Positions 48,000-62,289 of a stretch of DNA of 64,000 nucleotides are shown one piece after another. The DNA is from Magallana gigas (lineage: Eukaryota): contig NC_088855.1 in the NCBI RefSeq assembly GCF_963853765.1, positions 43,028,001-43,092,000 of the forward strand, written 5' to 3'. The notes under the pieces are model-generated. The model was not told where the DNA came from. It did not search any database and worked only from the letters and a program-made list of their open reading frames with translations. Both the position numbers and the translations under genes were made by a program. Every line of letters begins with the position of its first letter. The first letter of the stretch is position 1.

Positions 48000-50900
48000 A
48001 TGGCAGTCAATGTTCCTGGACTCGTGGCCGTTATTGTTTTCTATGTGTTAATTCTTGCTCTTGGACTATGGGCAGCAAGAAAAAACAAAGGAGAAACAAA
48101 GAGCGAAAATATAATGTTGGCTGGCCGAAACATCAACCTTTTTGTGGGGATGTTCACCATGACAGGTAAAGAAAAAGAAAAATTTGTTAGTAAGACGTTA
48201 AAATTAAATGACGGTCGAATTTTCATATTATTGACGTCGCACAAAATGAATTATATTGAAAATTGGTAAATGAAAAAAAAAATGTTTTCTCGAATATGAA
48301 TATGAAATATTCAGACATGGTTTCAGGCTATTCACTATTTACAGAGTAATGGAGAGGGCAATACAATCATGACATTTTTATATACCGGTTTCTGACTCTA
48401 AATATCGCAGTGGTTGATATATCATTTATCATCACAGGTAAAATACTTCATCAAATAATTCATACGGTTCACTAAAACCACGCTATGGAACACTTTATTT
48501 TAGTTTCTAAAGATGCAAGTGCACTGTGCAATTTTTACAAAGCGGTGATACTTCTTGTACTTAGCAAGTTCAACGTTTAAGATTATTGATTGTTTGGACC
48601 CCCAAAATGATTTTTGAAACTTTTGCCCTGTATTTTGCTATTTTGCACGCATTTTAAGTATATAATCCACATTTGTATTTAAAAAAACAACAACATCATC
48701 ACTGAAGTTAAGAAGATGGGTGGATAAGGCGTATAAAATGCCCATACACGGTCGGACAAGCTACTGAAAAATTAAAATATCAATGAATCTGATATTTAAA
48801 AAAAAAATCATTTAAAACAATATATATTTAACATATCAGTGATTTTAAACCTATAAATATGTTCAATACTTGGAATATGTTGACTTAAACAGGCGTGTGC
48901 GTATCAAAACCTGCAAATACTGTCATTTTTTAGAACTTCAAGGCATTGTCTTTTATAGAGTGGGTCTGTGCTCCATATTTTTCTCATAGTCTAAATAAGG
49001 TCTAATGGAAAACAAACTGATTTCAATCAACAAAAACGTGGAGAGATGACCCACTATACATTAAAGATATTATTTTGTATCCCAACAATTGAACGTTTTG
49101 AAAAAAAAATAAGTCCGTAAATTCGTGGCCAAAGTCACACATAATATTTAAACATCCGTCTTTGTTGTGTCTGAAATGGCTCAATGGTTAGAGTACCTGG
49201 CAAATAAAAGATAAAAAAAAAAAAGAGTACCTGGCGTAAACTAACCTTATATATCTAGGGTTTTTATTATATGGGTTCGATACCACCAAAATTTCCAGCA
49301 ATATTGTTTTTCCTTATCTTTTGTTAAATATATTAAAAACTGAATATAGTTAGAAATTGTGCTTTTGCAAACTTGTATCATAATATATTTGAATAGATTT
49401 AATCGGGAAAAATAAATTCAAAATTGTATTTCACGACTAAACCGAATGGGCATTTGCGCCATCTGATTCCCCCATCTTCAAATTTCATAAGAATATAAGG
49501 AGAGCTTATCAGATGACTTAAGAGTTGAAAGGTGATACAAATCAACGTGTTTTTCTTGATATTTTTTGGAAATATAGGAGTTTATGATAACTATTAATAT
49601 TATTTAAATTTTACATTTAATTCTTAATAAAAGATTTATATAAAAATAAATGATGAAACCGACATTTATGCATGAAATACCGACTGGGCAATTTTAATTT
49701 TTTTAAAATAATTGTGTTAATTTACCAGAGAATCTATTTCTAACTGTGTTTGGGGAATTTCAGGACGGGGAGAAACCGTTTGCAACTGTAGAAGGGCGAA
49801 AAACTCATGTAGCGAAAATAACTATAATGTACAGTGTATTCAGTATTTCTATTTCAAAATTTTTGATTTCAATTATTCATGATGGCATAACAAATGAAAA
49901 AAATATGTTAAAACAATTATATACTTCAAATTTCTTACAAAAACTCTTTGATAGCGGTACATTTTGAATATTTTCAGTTTTATTGATGGTCAAATGGAAC
50001 TCAAAAGTAGAGGAATTTTCTTTCTTTTGTAGCTACCTGGGTGGGTGGAGGCTTTATAAATGGCACAGCGGAGTATGTCTACACCCTAGGGCTGGTCTGG
50101 TGCCAAGCTCCTCTTGGGTATGCCGTCAGCCTCGTACTCGGTAAGTTGTAAACTCAAGAAACTTGATTTTAAGTCGTCGAAATATATGGATCTAGGAATT
50201 GATAAAAAAGTAAACGTTTTTACGACCACTCCTCTTCATTGGTAGGAGGTGTATTCTTCGCCCAAAGAATGAGGTCCCAGGGTCACGTGACGATGTTAGA
50301 TCCATACAGCAGGAAATTCGGCAACAAGATGGGAGGGATTCTGTACATCCCTTCACTTCTAGGGGAGGTCTTCTGGAGCGGAGCCATTCTCTCGGCGTTA
50401 GGTAAGTAGATAAACACGTGAAGTGGTATGCTCTCTGCACCATTGTTGCCTTTACAGGTATGATCATAATTGTAATGCATGTACTAGCCACTGATGTCTC
50501 CTGTACAGGTATATTCAATTATTCATCATTGATACTTGTAATAATGGAGTTCACTTTTTACAGTTAATGGAGCTTGATGGTCAACAAATTAATGAAAGAA
50601 AAAGTCCAGATATTTTAGGAGTTAAAATTTGAACATTTTTCTATATCTTTATATATAGCTTTTCATTTAAAGAAAGTAAATATAGTCAAAAACAGTCGCG
50701 ACCTTCAATCCCTCTTAACGGGTGAATTTATCAATGTACATGTCATACATGCACAGAACTGGGGTACTCTAATGACTGTGTGGTAACATTTCCAGGGTCC
50801 ACACTGGCCGTCATCCTGGACATTGACCAGACCCTGTCCATCATCATCTCGGCCTGTATCGCCGTCCTCTACACACTGTTCGGGGGACTGTACTCAGTCG

Positions 50901-53900
50901 CCTACACGGACGTACTCCAGCTTACCTGTATGTTTGTCGGTCTGGTGAGTGTGTTTTTGTGTGGGCGTTAGCCATCCTTTGATATATACATTGGATCAGT
51001 GTATATATCAATCATTTAAAATTCTAATTAAAACCACATCACTCTCCCTGTTCAGTAAACGAAATATTTAAACAAAGAGTCTTTCTTTTAATGATTCATG
51101 TGGGTATGAAGGCAGCGAGCATTGTAGAAAAAACATAACCCGCAGTAGAGGGTTATGTAATCTTCAAAGTTCGCACGAATTATAAAAGAAAGTTAAATGG
51201 ATTATTGAGTTAATAAAAAAGAGAAATTAAAAGCAACTAAATTATTACGCCAGATAGAAGAAATGGCCAATGCTTCAGTCTGACGTCAATTCGTGCAGTG
51301 CACGATTGTGTTAGGTAACTGAGGGTTTCAAATCAATTGATGGATAGAACTTCTGGTTTCAGCCCAGTTAGTTTCTATGAATATCAATTGCTATGGTATT
51401 TTTTTTTTACGAAAAGTATACCTCTACGGGGTAGAGTTACCTCGCTTGGGTCACACTATGTTCTTCCTGAAAACTCGTCTTGGTTTTCCCTCAGTGGTTG
51501 AGTATTCCATTCGCCATGACAAACGAGCATGTGACCAGCATCACAACCAATTCCTCCACGGTCTGGATCAAGGAACTGGAGCCCAAGTACGTGGGTTACT
51601 ACATGGACTCGTTCATGCTGCTGATACTGGGCGGGATTCCGTGGCAGGCCTACTTCCAGAGAGTCCTGTCCGCTAACTCCGCCTTCAACGCCAAGATGCT
51701 GTCCATCACCGCCGGGCTAGGGTGTGTCATTATGTCCGTACCGTCGGTCTTGATCGGGGCCGTCGCTGCTAACACAGGTGGGTGGGGTTACGGTGGTATT
51801 TTTTATACATGAGGACTGCATCATTCTCTTATGAATGAAGTATCTGTCAAAATAAAGTTCAGCGCAACGCATTTTGTAAGGGGTTTAATTTCTTTTTTCA
51901 ACCATTTTCTCTAAAGTAAGGGGAAATAATACTTTTTTGTTGAAAAATTGATATTACTGCTTCAAATAGACATAATTTGCTATAAACTTTACAAAAGGGT
52001 TGGAACATTATCCAAGCCACCCCTCTTTTAAATTAAAACATTTCCCTAGCTTGTGTGTACACGTTTGTATGTAAATTTAAGAAAAGTGAACAATGACAAT
52101 TAAAACGAACGTACTGTCAGCTAAAACCTGCATAGTATCATTGTGCTCGTTAGTCAGTTTGTGATTGATGGTTGTAAATGGGTATTACATTCCAGTCATA
52201 TAATATTTAATCAAACCCCCGTAGGATGATTTATGAATGACAAGCCTCGGGTATTTTCTGAGAATCTAGTTATAAAATGTCACATTATACATTTTGCGAC
52301 GTGCTTCTCGTATCAATCTTATCAATACAGTATAATGATCTTATTTGATGTCACGGCATAATAAACTTCTAGCATTTAACATATAGCAAGTTCTTGTTAT
52401 AAGTTGTGAACATAGGCGTTGGAACCACCGGGGGGGGGGGGGGGGGCTAAGCCCCCCTTCCACTTTTTTTGCAAAGTTGTACATAACTATAAACAAAAAC
52501 CTTTATTTTTTTGCCTGTCAAGATTTTTGACAAGTTTCCCACCCCCCAACTTTCAATTTGCTTCCGACTTCACTGTTGAAAATTTCTTTGTCTGTGATAT
52601 ATGCTATATTACAACCAATATTCATATCCTTGTATCTATATGTAGTTTTTAACACTAATTCAGATTGGAACGCAACAACGTATGCAACAGTGGACAAGAA
52701 GCCCGTCCCCATTCCTAGCGACCAGGCGTCCAACATCCTCCCCCTGGTCATGCAGTACCTGACACCCACCTGGGTCTCCTTCATCGGCCTGGGGGCCGTG
52801 GCTGCGGCCGTAATGTCGTCCACGGATTCCTCCATTCTCTCAGCGAGCTCCATGTTTGCCAGAAATATCTACAAGATGATATTCCGTCCCAAAGTAGGTT
52901 TTGAATACATGCGCGGATCAAGAATTATTTTTTTTTGGAGGGGGGGGGGGGGGCTGTTTCCAAGAGATAATTGTGTTTTCTGGGAAGGGGGATGGGTCCA
53001 AAGACTATTTTCATTAAATTTACTATGTGAATTTGATAAGTTTGAATTTTCCGGGGGGGGGGGGGGGCGGAACCTCCAATTAATCTTTTAATCCGCGTGG
53101 GGCATGAAAATGTTATCCTTACGTAAGTTGGTAAAACAGTATGTTAGCAAGCAGGCGATGAGTCGGTGTAAAGGCGAAAAGTCATCCCCTGTTGCAATTT
53201 TAATTGACTTATGAAATTGACATATAAAGTTAAAGAACGTTTATTAATGATGATCATGCTTGATTCATTCGTAAAGTAGGAAGAATTTCTCTCCCTCGAC
53301 AGAAATAATTGACATAATCAAACGTTTCAATGACATCCATCCTGGAAGTTAAATAGTTTTCTTAATCAAGTTAAATGGCACGTTTTTGCATCAAAAAAGG
53401 ATCATCTTAATCAAATATTCTCTTATCATTCATCATAATGTATTATCAAATGTATTATCAAGTTGGAAGATAAAGATCTCACAAGAAAAAAAATGATCGC
53501 ATGTTTTTTTTTAAAGGGGTTTTAACATTATTTATAATTTCTTTCTCCTGTAAATTTTCTTGTAGGCCTCTGAGAGGGAAATAATGTGGGCGATGAGAAT
53601 CTCCATCTTCTTTATCGGCGCCCTGGCAACTTTCATTGCGATTGTTGTTGAATCAGTCTACGTGCTGTGGTTCCTATGCTCAGATTTGTTGTACGTCATC
53701 AGCTTTCCACAACTTTTATGTGTTGTCTACCTTAGGGACACCAACACTTACGGATCGGTTGTCGGTTTTGTTGTCGGTGTAGTTCTCCGATTAACCGGTG
53801 GTGAATATACTCTGCATATCACGCCCGTTATCAAATATCCATGGTACTCCGAGTCAGAGGGATTACAATTATTTCCGTATAAAACCTTCGCTATGTTGGT

Positions 53901-54132
53901 TACTTTCACTTCCATCGTTGCTGTTTCCAGCTTAACAGCGTACGTATTTGGACGAGGATTGCTTTCTTCGAAATTCGATATTTTTAAATGTTTTGAGGGA
54001 AAATCAGAATGTTCAGTAGAATTGCATGTATCGTCATCATCAACAAAATACAACGACAACCCTGCGTATGCGCACTCTCAAAACCAACTTCATGGAAGAT
54101 ACCAATCAAAGAGAGAAATCCCAGAGAAATGA
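48000..54132 (+). CDS. SLC5A7: High-affinity choline transporter 1 (552 aa)
   Basis: Exons 48000-48165, 50033-50140, 50246-50401, 50796-50944, 51495-51777, 52664-52893, 53566-54132 (1659 nt, in phase). Motifs [76 protein letters not shown]. Confidence 0.95.
49190..49235 (+). mobile_element. 22-nt poly(A) retro-insertion flanked by a 12-bp TSD, inside a degenerate tRNA-like head
   Basis: AGAGTACCTGGC (49190-49201) + AAATAAAAGATAAAAAAAAAAA + AGAGTACCTGGC (49224-49235). Confidence 0.7.
52411..52575. mobile_element. G/C-tract MITE
   Basis: CATAGGCGTTGGAA + poly-G ... TTCCGACTTCACTG: degenerate TIR. Confidence 0.55.
52908..53106. mobile_element. G-tract MITE (GCGCGGATC...ATCCGCG)
   Basis: CATGCGCGGATC ... 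ATCCGCGTGGGGCATG ends with internal poly-G runs. Confidence 0.5.
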
Positions 54133-56027
54133 ATCTTGATTCATACCAAATCTTATTTTAAATTTTTAAAAAATACTTTTATTAAGTAAAATATAGAACT
54201 GTCTCTGATTATTTTTATATTCTGTCCAAGCAATTTTCAGCATCATTGTTTGCCAAACATTTCGATTTTCATGCTTATATTTCTATGCTCAAACTAACAA
54301 ACTATTTTTTTTATAACGCGCATTCTTTTCCTTCTGGTTGAAGTGCATGGCGAAAATGAAAATAAATAAAAAAATCCACTGGGATTTTGCATTGAAAAAA
54401 AGTTGATAATGCCGAAAAATTAAGCGAGATGTTAACAAATTAAAATGAATTTAATATTTAGCGATTTATCATTTTGTCAATGCATTTGTACGTATGGAAC
54501 GAAATTTTATTGAGTAAAACTTAGGACAGCGGAAAAAGAAAGCGCGTTATAAAAAATTTAGTTTTAGCAAATGCTACTCAGAGCAGTTACCACAGGCTAG
54601 CCCGAGGAAATGCCGTTCTGCCCATCTGAGTAGCATTGATTCGCATGCCCGATCTTACCATGTGGGAGAGTTTTGGGAACGGAAGCCTCGAGGACCGATC
54701 TTTAGACTTTCTGTTAAAGATTTTCTCTCATAAAGATTAAAAGGTTTAAACCATATGTATGCGTATTTGAGATGTAATGCAGAAAATCATCAAAATACAA
54801 AATGGCTTTATTCCCAAGTCAAATTCTTATGGAATATATTATAAATAGATTTAAGATGAACTTAAGTGTTTAGGAGCAACCCCCTCCCCCTTTTTCAACC
54901 TCCACATCAATAACATATATCATAATGACGTTTTGCATTGTATTCGAATGGCTAAGTCACGTGACTAGGTATTTAAAAATGAAACATGTTGCCATCAAAA
55001 TGAATTTTTATTAATATTCCTAATAAATTGAGATGAAAAATATGTTAAGTACACAATCAGACTTAATGTTTTTGTATTTTCTGTTTTCCAAACGATTTAA
55101 CTTGTTGAGATTTTCAGTGCAATGGCATCAGCAACTGGACTGCTGAGAGATTTGTCCGCATTTTACTCCCTTTGTTTTTTAGTCAAGGTCTGTGTTTACG
55201 AGAAGGGACTCGTGAATCAGTCTGCTCGTGTCTTTTGTTTCAATTAGTGTGATACTTAAACGCTTTTACTAGAAAAAAGAGCCGAGAAAAGAATGGCTTA
55301 ATCCAATGAAAACGGTCCACGGAGAAAAAGAACTTTCGCGAAGTAACTCGGTTAACTCCACAAAATGTTAACCTATGTGAATCGTAAAACCACGTACAAT
55401 GGCATGCATTAATAGTGCCGTGGATGTTGTAATTAAATCTCTAATGGAAGTTCCAACTTTCACCAATACATTTAATAACAAACAGGGTGGTGATGGCCGG
55501 AGTCTTAAATGGAAAATACTAGCATACGACAACTTGTTTGTAAAATTGCATATAATTGCCAGAATTTATATCTCCTCTGCATTACTAGTAAAGTTTAATA
55601 GGGAAAAAGGATTTTTTGTGTGGAAAATTCATGTCTAGGCTATCATAAATTTAATTTTATCAATTGACATTTTGATGTTAGTAAATAATTCAATTAGTTT
55701 CAACGTGGCAGGACACTGTAATATTATGATCCTTTTTGTAGAATAGGAAAATTAAATTGATTTGCAGAACCAACATTTCATTTTTGTCATTTCATCAATA
55801 GTTATCCAATACTTTTATAGTTTGTATATAAAACATTCAACGATTTCTATTTTATATTGATACAAAACATATACATTGATTTTTAACTATTTACCCTTAT
55901 AGATCAAAGTTTTGTGAACGTGCTGATCAAGTTAAGAAAAATAAACACCATTGCATTTAATAAAAAGAAGAAAAAAGAAATAAATGCTTGTATTGAAAGT
56001 GCATTTTACATGTGCGTAATGTGCAAG

Positions 56028-56032
<5 letters not shown>

Positions 56033-56082
<50 letters not shown>
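56033..56082. repeat. (GA)n/(GACA)n microsatellite
   Basis: Directly visible. Confidence 0.95.
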
Positions 56083-56083
<1 letters not shown>

Positions 56084-59000
56084 CTTTTTATGTTTGCGTT
56101 CTTCAATTATTATTGATTATAGAACAAAAAATATCCCTACATTGTATATACAATTTTCTACCTGTATTGAATCGTTTCGTTATAGAAAACGATCCCACAT
56201 AAACAAATATATCACTTGATTAAGCAATTCTGTAGGAAAACCAATTCCCTAGCAAATTTTTTTAAAAATTATTCTATAAAACTCTTTAACTCTTTATTCA
56301 AAATCTGGGAATAAACCATACAGTTGGCAAATACATGTAAAAATTGGTAAAAAAAGTGGAGATAAAAAATACATGTACATGTACATATGTGCAAACTGTC
56401 CCATACTTTAGAGATATACGATATGTCCTTTAAGAATCATTTCACTGAGTTGTTCAAGAACTTGTATATCTTCATTAGTCATAAACCAAATTTTTAATCT
56501 AAAATAACTTTTATATACCAGTTTGACAATTTAAAATTGTCAATAAATTTATGAAGTTTATAGCTTTCAAATACTAATTAATTTGGTTGATATAGGACTT
56601 GGGATTTTTTTCTTCTTAGAATGACGTGTTTACATATCGATATTCTTTCTAAATGCAAGGGCGTATTCCCTCCTATTCAATTTATCAGATAAGAAAAAAT
56701 CTCAGAAAAATTTAACAAATAAACAACGACAGCCGTTCACCTTTTGATTAATCCCAGGGAAATGTGTTTTACGGCGAAAGTTGCAGATCCTGTAGCTTGA
56801 AAAGGCAGAATTCTCATAAATTTCAGAGGGAGTTGATTTGATACGTTCCACGGGCATCATACTCTGGTAACAAATCACTTTTCTATGTTCCTTGATGCTT
56901 TGCCTGTGGAAGGAAGGTGAGCAGTTACGTCTTGGGTTTTCGAATTTAAGATGCATGTTTTTTAGAGAAAGAAAAAAATCCTTGATTTTCTGCAGGAATA
57001 AAAGACTGCGTCAAGTGTTTACTCATTGCAAAAGTTATTTCAAATATGCATGCCCTTTTCTAGCAAAAGTAAGGCTATTTGATTTATTTGAAATTAATTA
57101 AATCGAAAGAGTCATATTTAAGCTTATCATTTTAAGCCATCAAAACATATACAATTTAAAGATTTTAGGTATTCGAGTGATAGCTTAACAAGTTTTATCA
57201 TATTCAGACAAAGAATATCGTACCATACAAATAAGCTTCTTTTCCTTTATGAGTAAATATTTTATGTAACAATTCTGTGACCCACCTGTCTATAGCAAGA
57301 AGCCGACAAGCCCTAGTTAAACATGAAGTTTCTAAAACGTGTCCACCGCTCAAAGTGGTCTCCATTATAGATTCTCATTTTACAGCGTTCTCTGTCAAAC
57401 TGTTTCTTTCTTTCTTTTCTCTTCGAACGCGTTATTCCACGGTCAACGGACCAAATTAACACGTTTTCGCGTAGACATCTTGTGAACGTTCTAAAATTAG
57501 CTTGCCACGTCACATGCTGATGAAATTTCAATACTGAGCTTTTACTGACGGATCCGGTCAGTAAATAAACTGATTAGAATTTATGTCTGATACTCTCAAA
57601 TGCGTTTGATTTAAACTGTATGATTTAATGGATAGCTTTTTTGGCTTAATGGAAAAACTCAAATATATCTTTCTTTAAAATTTTCATTTCAAACGCCATA
57701 TTTATATACCTTAAACTCATCGGATAACACAGCGGACGGATTTAATAGTTAAAAAATTATTTTACAAAAATAAAGACCTTAATTGTCTGTATCGTGTATT
57801 ACGTATTTTCATTAACAAAGAATAGAAAACCCTTACTTTGGAAAAAAGGAATTTCAAAAATAAAAATATGACTTGACATTAAAATAAAAGAAAGGTAATT
57901 TATGACGTAATAAAACTGGATGGGAAGCTTTTTCTTTGATGCAACCTTTGCATGCTACACGATACTGGTTTCGATTCTTGCTAACACAGCTTATTAAAAG
58001 AGATTTATTAGCTCCCTTGAGAACCAATTAATTAGACATTTGTATAATTTTCGTTTCGTAAACGAGCATAATTCACCATACCGATGTTTTGATGTCTCCT
58101 CTAATCAATGCTACCATTTGTACCGCCAGTAGATTTGTTCATTTCTAAAGATACAGTAGTCTCTGCTTCTTTCATTTTCTTTTCGCTTCATCATCCTACT
58201 CGAACACGTTATACATGTAAAGATTTTTATTTTCACATACAGATATAGTTCTATTTAGGTCAGCAATGACGCCATGTTATTTTCAACCAGTAACCTCTTG
58301 AATGTAAATCAATGTCTGTTTAAAAAAATCCTTCTTTAAAAGAAATTTTAAATGAAATATTTCTGAAAACATAAGGTGCATGTAATTAGGATTGCCCTCT
58401 ATGGTAAAGATACAACAATCAACTTTACGGCATCCATATGCATGGTTGGGTGAAAAGGTAATAAATTAACTGCAATGTTAGTTTAAACATTATTTTGTTT
58501 AAAAGAATAGGATCTGACATCAGGCATGGTCTATTATTGATCTCTCTTTAGAGAACCTTTGATTTCCTGCAATACAATGTTCATTGTAATCTTGTCAATG
58601 TTTCCTGGGAATGATTGAAATTTATCCACTCTTCCACAAATCCACCCCCTTAAAAAACAATTCCGTTTGTCACCGATGTAAAATAATAAATATTTCATTT
58701 TACTAAACATTTTGTACCTGATTAATATCATTTTCCAAAATGCTAATTTGTGTTGTTCCTTTATACATCAACTGTCTAAATGCATACATTTTGTTTATTT
58801 AATCGAATCTAATATGATGGGCCAGCAACATCAACATTAGTAGATCCCATTTACATGGGGTTCTTCTATACTAGTATTTTTCATCTGTCACCGAGATTGT
58901 GTTTACAAATTGTATATTTGTTTAGAAGGTGGATGTTTATTTGTTAGAACATCATCCTTTTCCTACAAGATTTTTTTCTTTTCATAATGGCAAACATTCG

Positions 59001-61851
59001 TTTTTCACAATTTTTTTTCAAAAGTTCAAAAAATGCGGATTGCACAACACTTAACATTTAAAGTACTGATCATATATGTACAAAATATCTTTCAAAATGA
59101 AAAAAAAAATCAAGGTAAAAATATGCACGACAATTTGAGTTCTTGTGCAGATATTGCAGGAAATCAATAAGTGACTTTAATATCTGGTAATTTGTACAAA
59201 ATAACTGATAGGCCGTGACATATTGGATCAGATTCACATCGGCGCTTGATTAATCCACACCTGAAAAATCTGAAGTTCACCGGAAGTGAAGATCGATGTA
59301 ATTCCACATGTTTACAAACTTGATTGTTGTTGAATCGGAATGAATATGTCTTTTTTGACTTCCTGTTGTCTTCAATTTGTATACTTGCATTCAATACTGA
59401 TTCTAAAGCTGTCATTTGTGTTTTGAAACACACCTTTTTATTAACACAATTCCGCCCCTTCCTAGCACTCAACTCAGAGATCTAGAACCAAAGTAAATAA
59501 AAAACTACTAAAATAAGACTACATCCTTTCTTCAGCTGTTCAACATTTCATAACTCAAGAAGAATTATATCATAATCTTTTACATTTGGGACACCCGCTA
59601 TATAAAAAACTTTTTTTTTAAAAAAAAAGATAAAAAAAATAAAAGGAAAATATCTTTATTGTTTAACTTTTGACCAATTCCGGTAGTGCCCAGTTGGTTG
59701 TTAATTTAGACTTGCTGTTAAGAATAAATCTAAATTTAAGGTCTTCGTATATAAGCACATAGTCATTCTAAAAATTAGCCCCATGTTACTAATGTAATCC
59801 ATGGATTACTCCCTGTGAAAACTTATTTATATGTTTATATTTGATGCTTTTCCAATCACGCAAACATTTATATGCAGTGGAACAAATAATCTTGCCATTC
59901 TCTAGAGCTGTACTCGCAAGAAACACTTAAAGATTTTAGGAACATGCTTGGATGATGAGAGTGTTTATTTCGATATTTCCTGTTTACCTTGCCAAGATTC
60001 ACTACCGTCGTCTATCATTTGTAGTAGGTTGACGAGTTGGAACTTAGAAATGTCACGTGTTTCTTCAGATAACATATTAAATCACAAAATCTATAGATAA
60101 TTTAGGAGATTTACTACATGCTTTTTGGTATTAAGAAAATGTTTAGCGTTAAGTGGCACTGAAGTTAATGGCTAGAAATACGATATTTTAATATTGTAGC
60201 TTTCAATCACAAAATGATACGGAGAGAGCAATCAAGAAAACAGATACATTGATCAATAAAAATTAAGATCGATTATACCAGGACCCATCGATACATCTGC
60301 ATAGAAATTTCTTTTTGTGAATATTTACGATTTCCATTCAGAAAACAGATTCATCCGTAACTCGCGTGATTGCAAAGGACACCATAAGGCCACACGGAAG
60401 TTTAAGAGTGTATGATTTAATCAGGTCATGGTTTTACCTCACAACCCATTCAACACAGAAATACAAGGTATGTGTATAGTCTGATCGCAGGCTAATTATC
60501 GCTTCTAATTATCGGTATACCCGGTAAGTTCTTTTGTTAAATGAATCCAACATGCGGGTTGACAATGGAGTAGGTTGTATATTTCCCTTGAGCTCTATAG
60601 GAAGATGTACACCCACATCTTCACAGAACATCCACGTTCAGATTTTGTCCTATAGATCAATTTTTCCGTCAATTTACCAAAGCCAGTAGGCAATTGATTT
60701 TCCTTTCAAAGGATCTGTTTTATTGAATTTCTAATTGATAAAAGGCCCTGTGTTGGATAATTAATAACATAAATCTGTAGATAAACACTGTTTTACGGAC
60801 ATTTTTGTCTCCGATTTAGGGCAGCATGCTCTGCATTTATCTAATCAAGGGATCTATTTGAATTGTGCCTGAGAAAGGAATTTCTCCTCATGTAATAGGG
60901 GAAATTGTTTGCTTACAGTTTGCGTATAGGATTAAGTTTTCCTTGGTAGTGCTCAAACAAATAAAGCAATTTGCCATGCAAGGTGAGCACGATCGAAATC
61001 CACTACTTAAGGGGATTTTCTTGCCTTATTAAGATTCTTTATAGTCTAGTTGTTTCTCTTTAACTTTTGATTTTGTTACTTAGTTTTTCTATGGGGTTGA
61101 TTAGCCTGCGATTCACTGACTTTATTGCTATTTATTTATTTATGAGTAGTCTTTGTTCCAAGACTCCCACTGGTATTTTCTTGATTAACTTATTCTGTTT
61201 TATGTACAGGGTTACATAATATGTACTCTAAATAAATATAAATCATACATCTTACGATAGAAATTATGTTGTAGTTCAAATTCGAAAAGCTATTGAAATT
61301 GCGATAAAGTCTATTACTCTATGGTATATTTTGCAATTATATGTATCATGTGATTTCGGTTTCTGGTCAATTTTGAAAACGAATCGTTAAAAAATTGCTG
61401 CTTATATAAGCAAGCATAATAATAATCTGTAAGATACTTGTATGATAATACCTTGTAGTTCGGGGTAGTATCGAGTAACATGATTATTAACCTATGGGGA
61501 ATAGTTGCATGGATGCCCGCGATGAAGCCATGTTCTTATCACCATTGACCGATATTCTATCAAACAGGATAAGACTTTTTGCTGTCTAATTATTTAGTAA
61601 GATCTTGTTCAATTTTCAAGTAAATGATTATGCAATAGCTGGTAAAATCTGAAACCAAGAATGTACTCTCATAAAAAAGAAAAGTAACGAGACGTAGAAG
61701 ATCCTTAATATTGGAAAAAGGTAATTTCAAATATAATAATAATACGCGATACTGTATGCAGGCAAATATTCGCCCCACTTGCCCTCGTTGTCAGTGGGCA
61801 AATTTAAGACTGGGCGAATTGTAATGTTTTAAACTATCTCTGTGTCTGGGC

Positions 61852-62289
61852 ACAGGGGCATCGTATCCGCTCTACACTCTATGACACAGGCACGTAGCAT
61901 CGTTTTTGAAAGGGGGGGGGGCAGACCACATCCAAAAAATCTTGACAAGCAAAAAAAAGGGAGATTTATAGTTTCCATAAATCTTCAAAATCCTAAACCG
62001 TGGGTGGGGGGGGGGGGGAATTATATACACTTTGACAACTCATTTCCTTATTTTCATATCAATTTTTTACTAACTTCCAAAAAAGTGGGGGGGGGGAACT
62101 CCGTTATAATTCATTTTTTTATATGTAAATTTTAAAAAATTTGTTGATGCGAGAAAAAGTGGGGGGGGGGGGGGGCAGGCCCCCCCCCCCTGCCCCCCCC
62201 CCCCCCCCCCCCGATGCTACGTGCCTGTGACATATATATAATTATTATATATATGTCATAGAGTGTAGAGCGGATACGATGCCCCTGTG
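61852..62289. mobile_element. hAT-like palindromic MITE (8-bp TSD) containing a nested MITE
   Basis: TSD GTCTGGGC at 61844-61851 and 62290-62297; TIR ACAGGGGCATCGTATCCGCTCTACACTCTATGACA. Inner element 61887-62227 has TIR CAGGCACGTAGCATCG and is flanked by TGACA on both sides. Confidence 0.85.
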
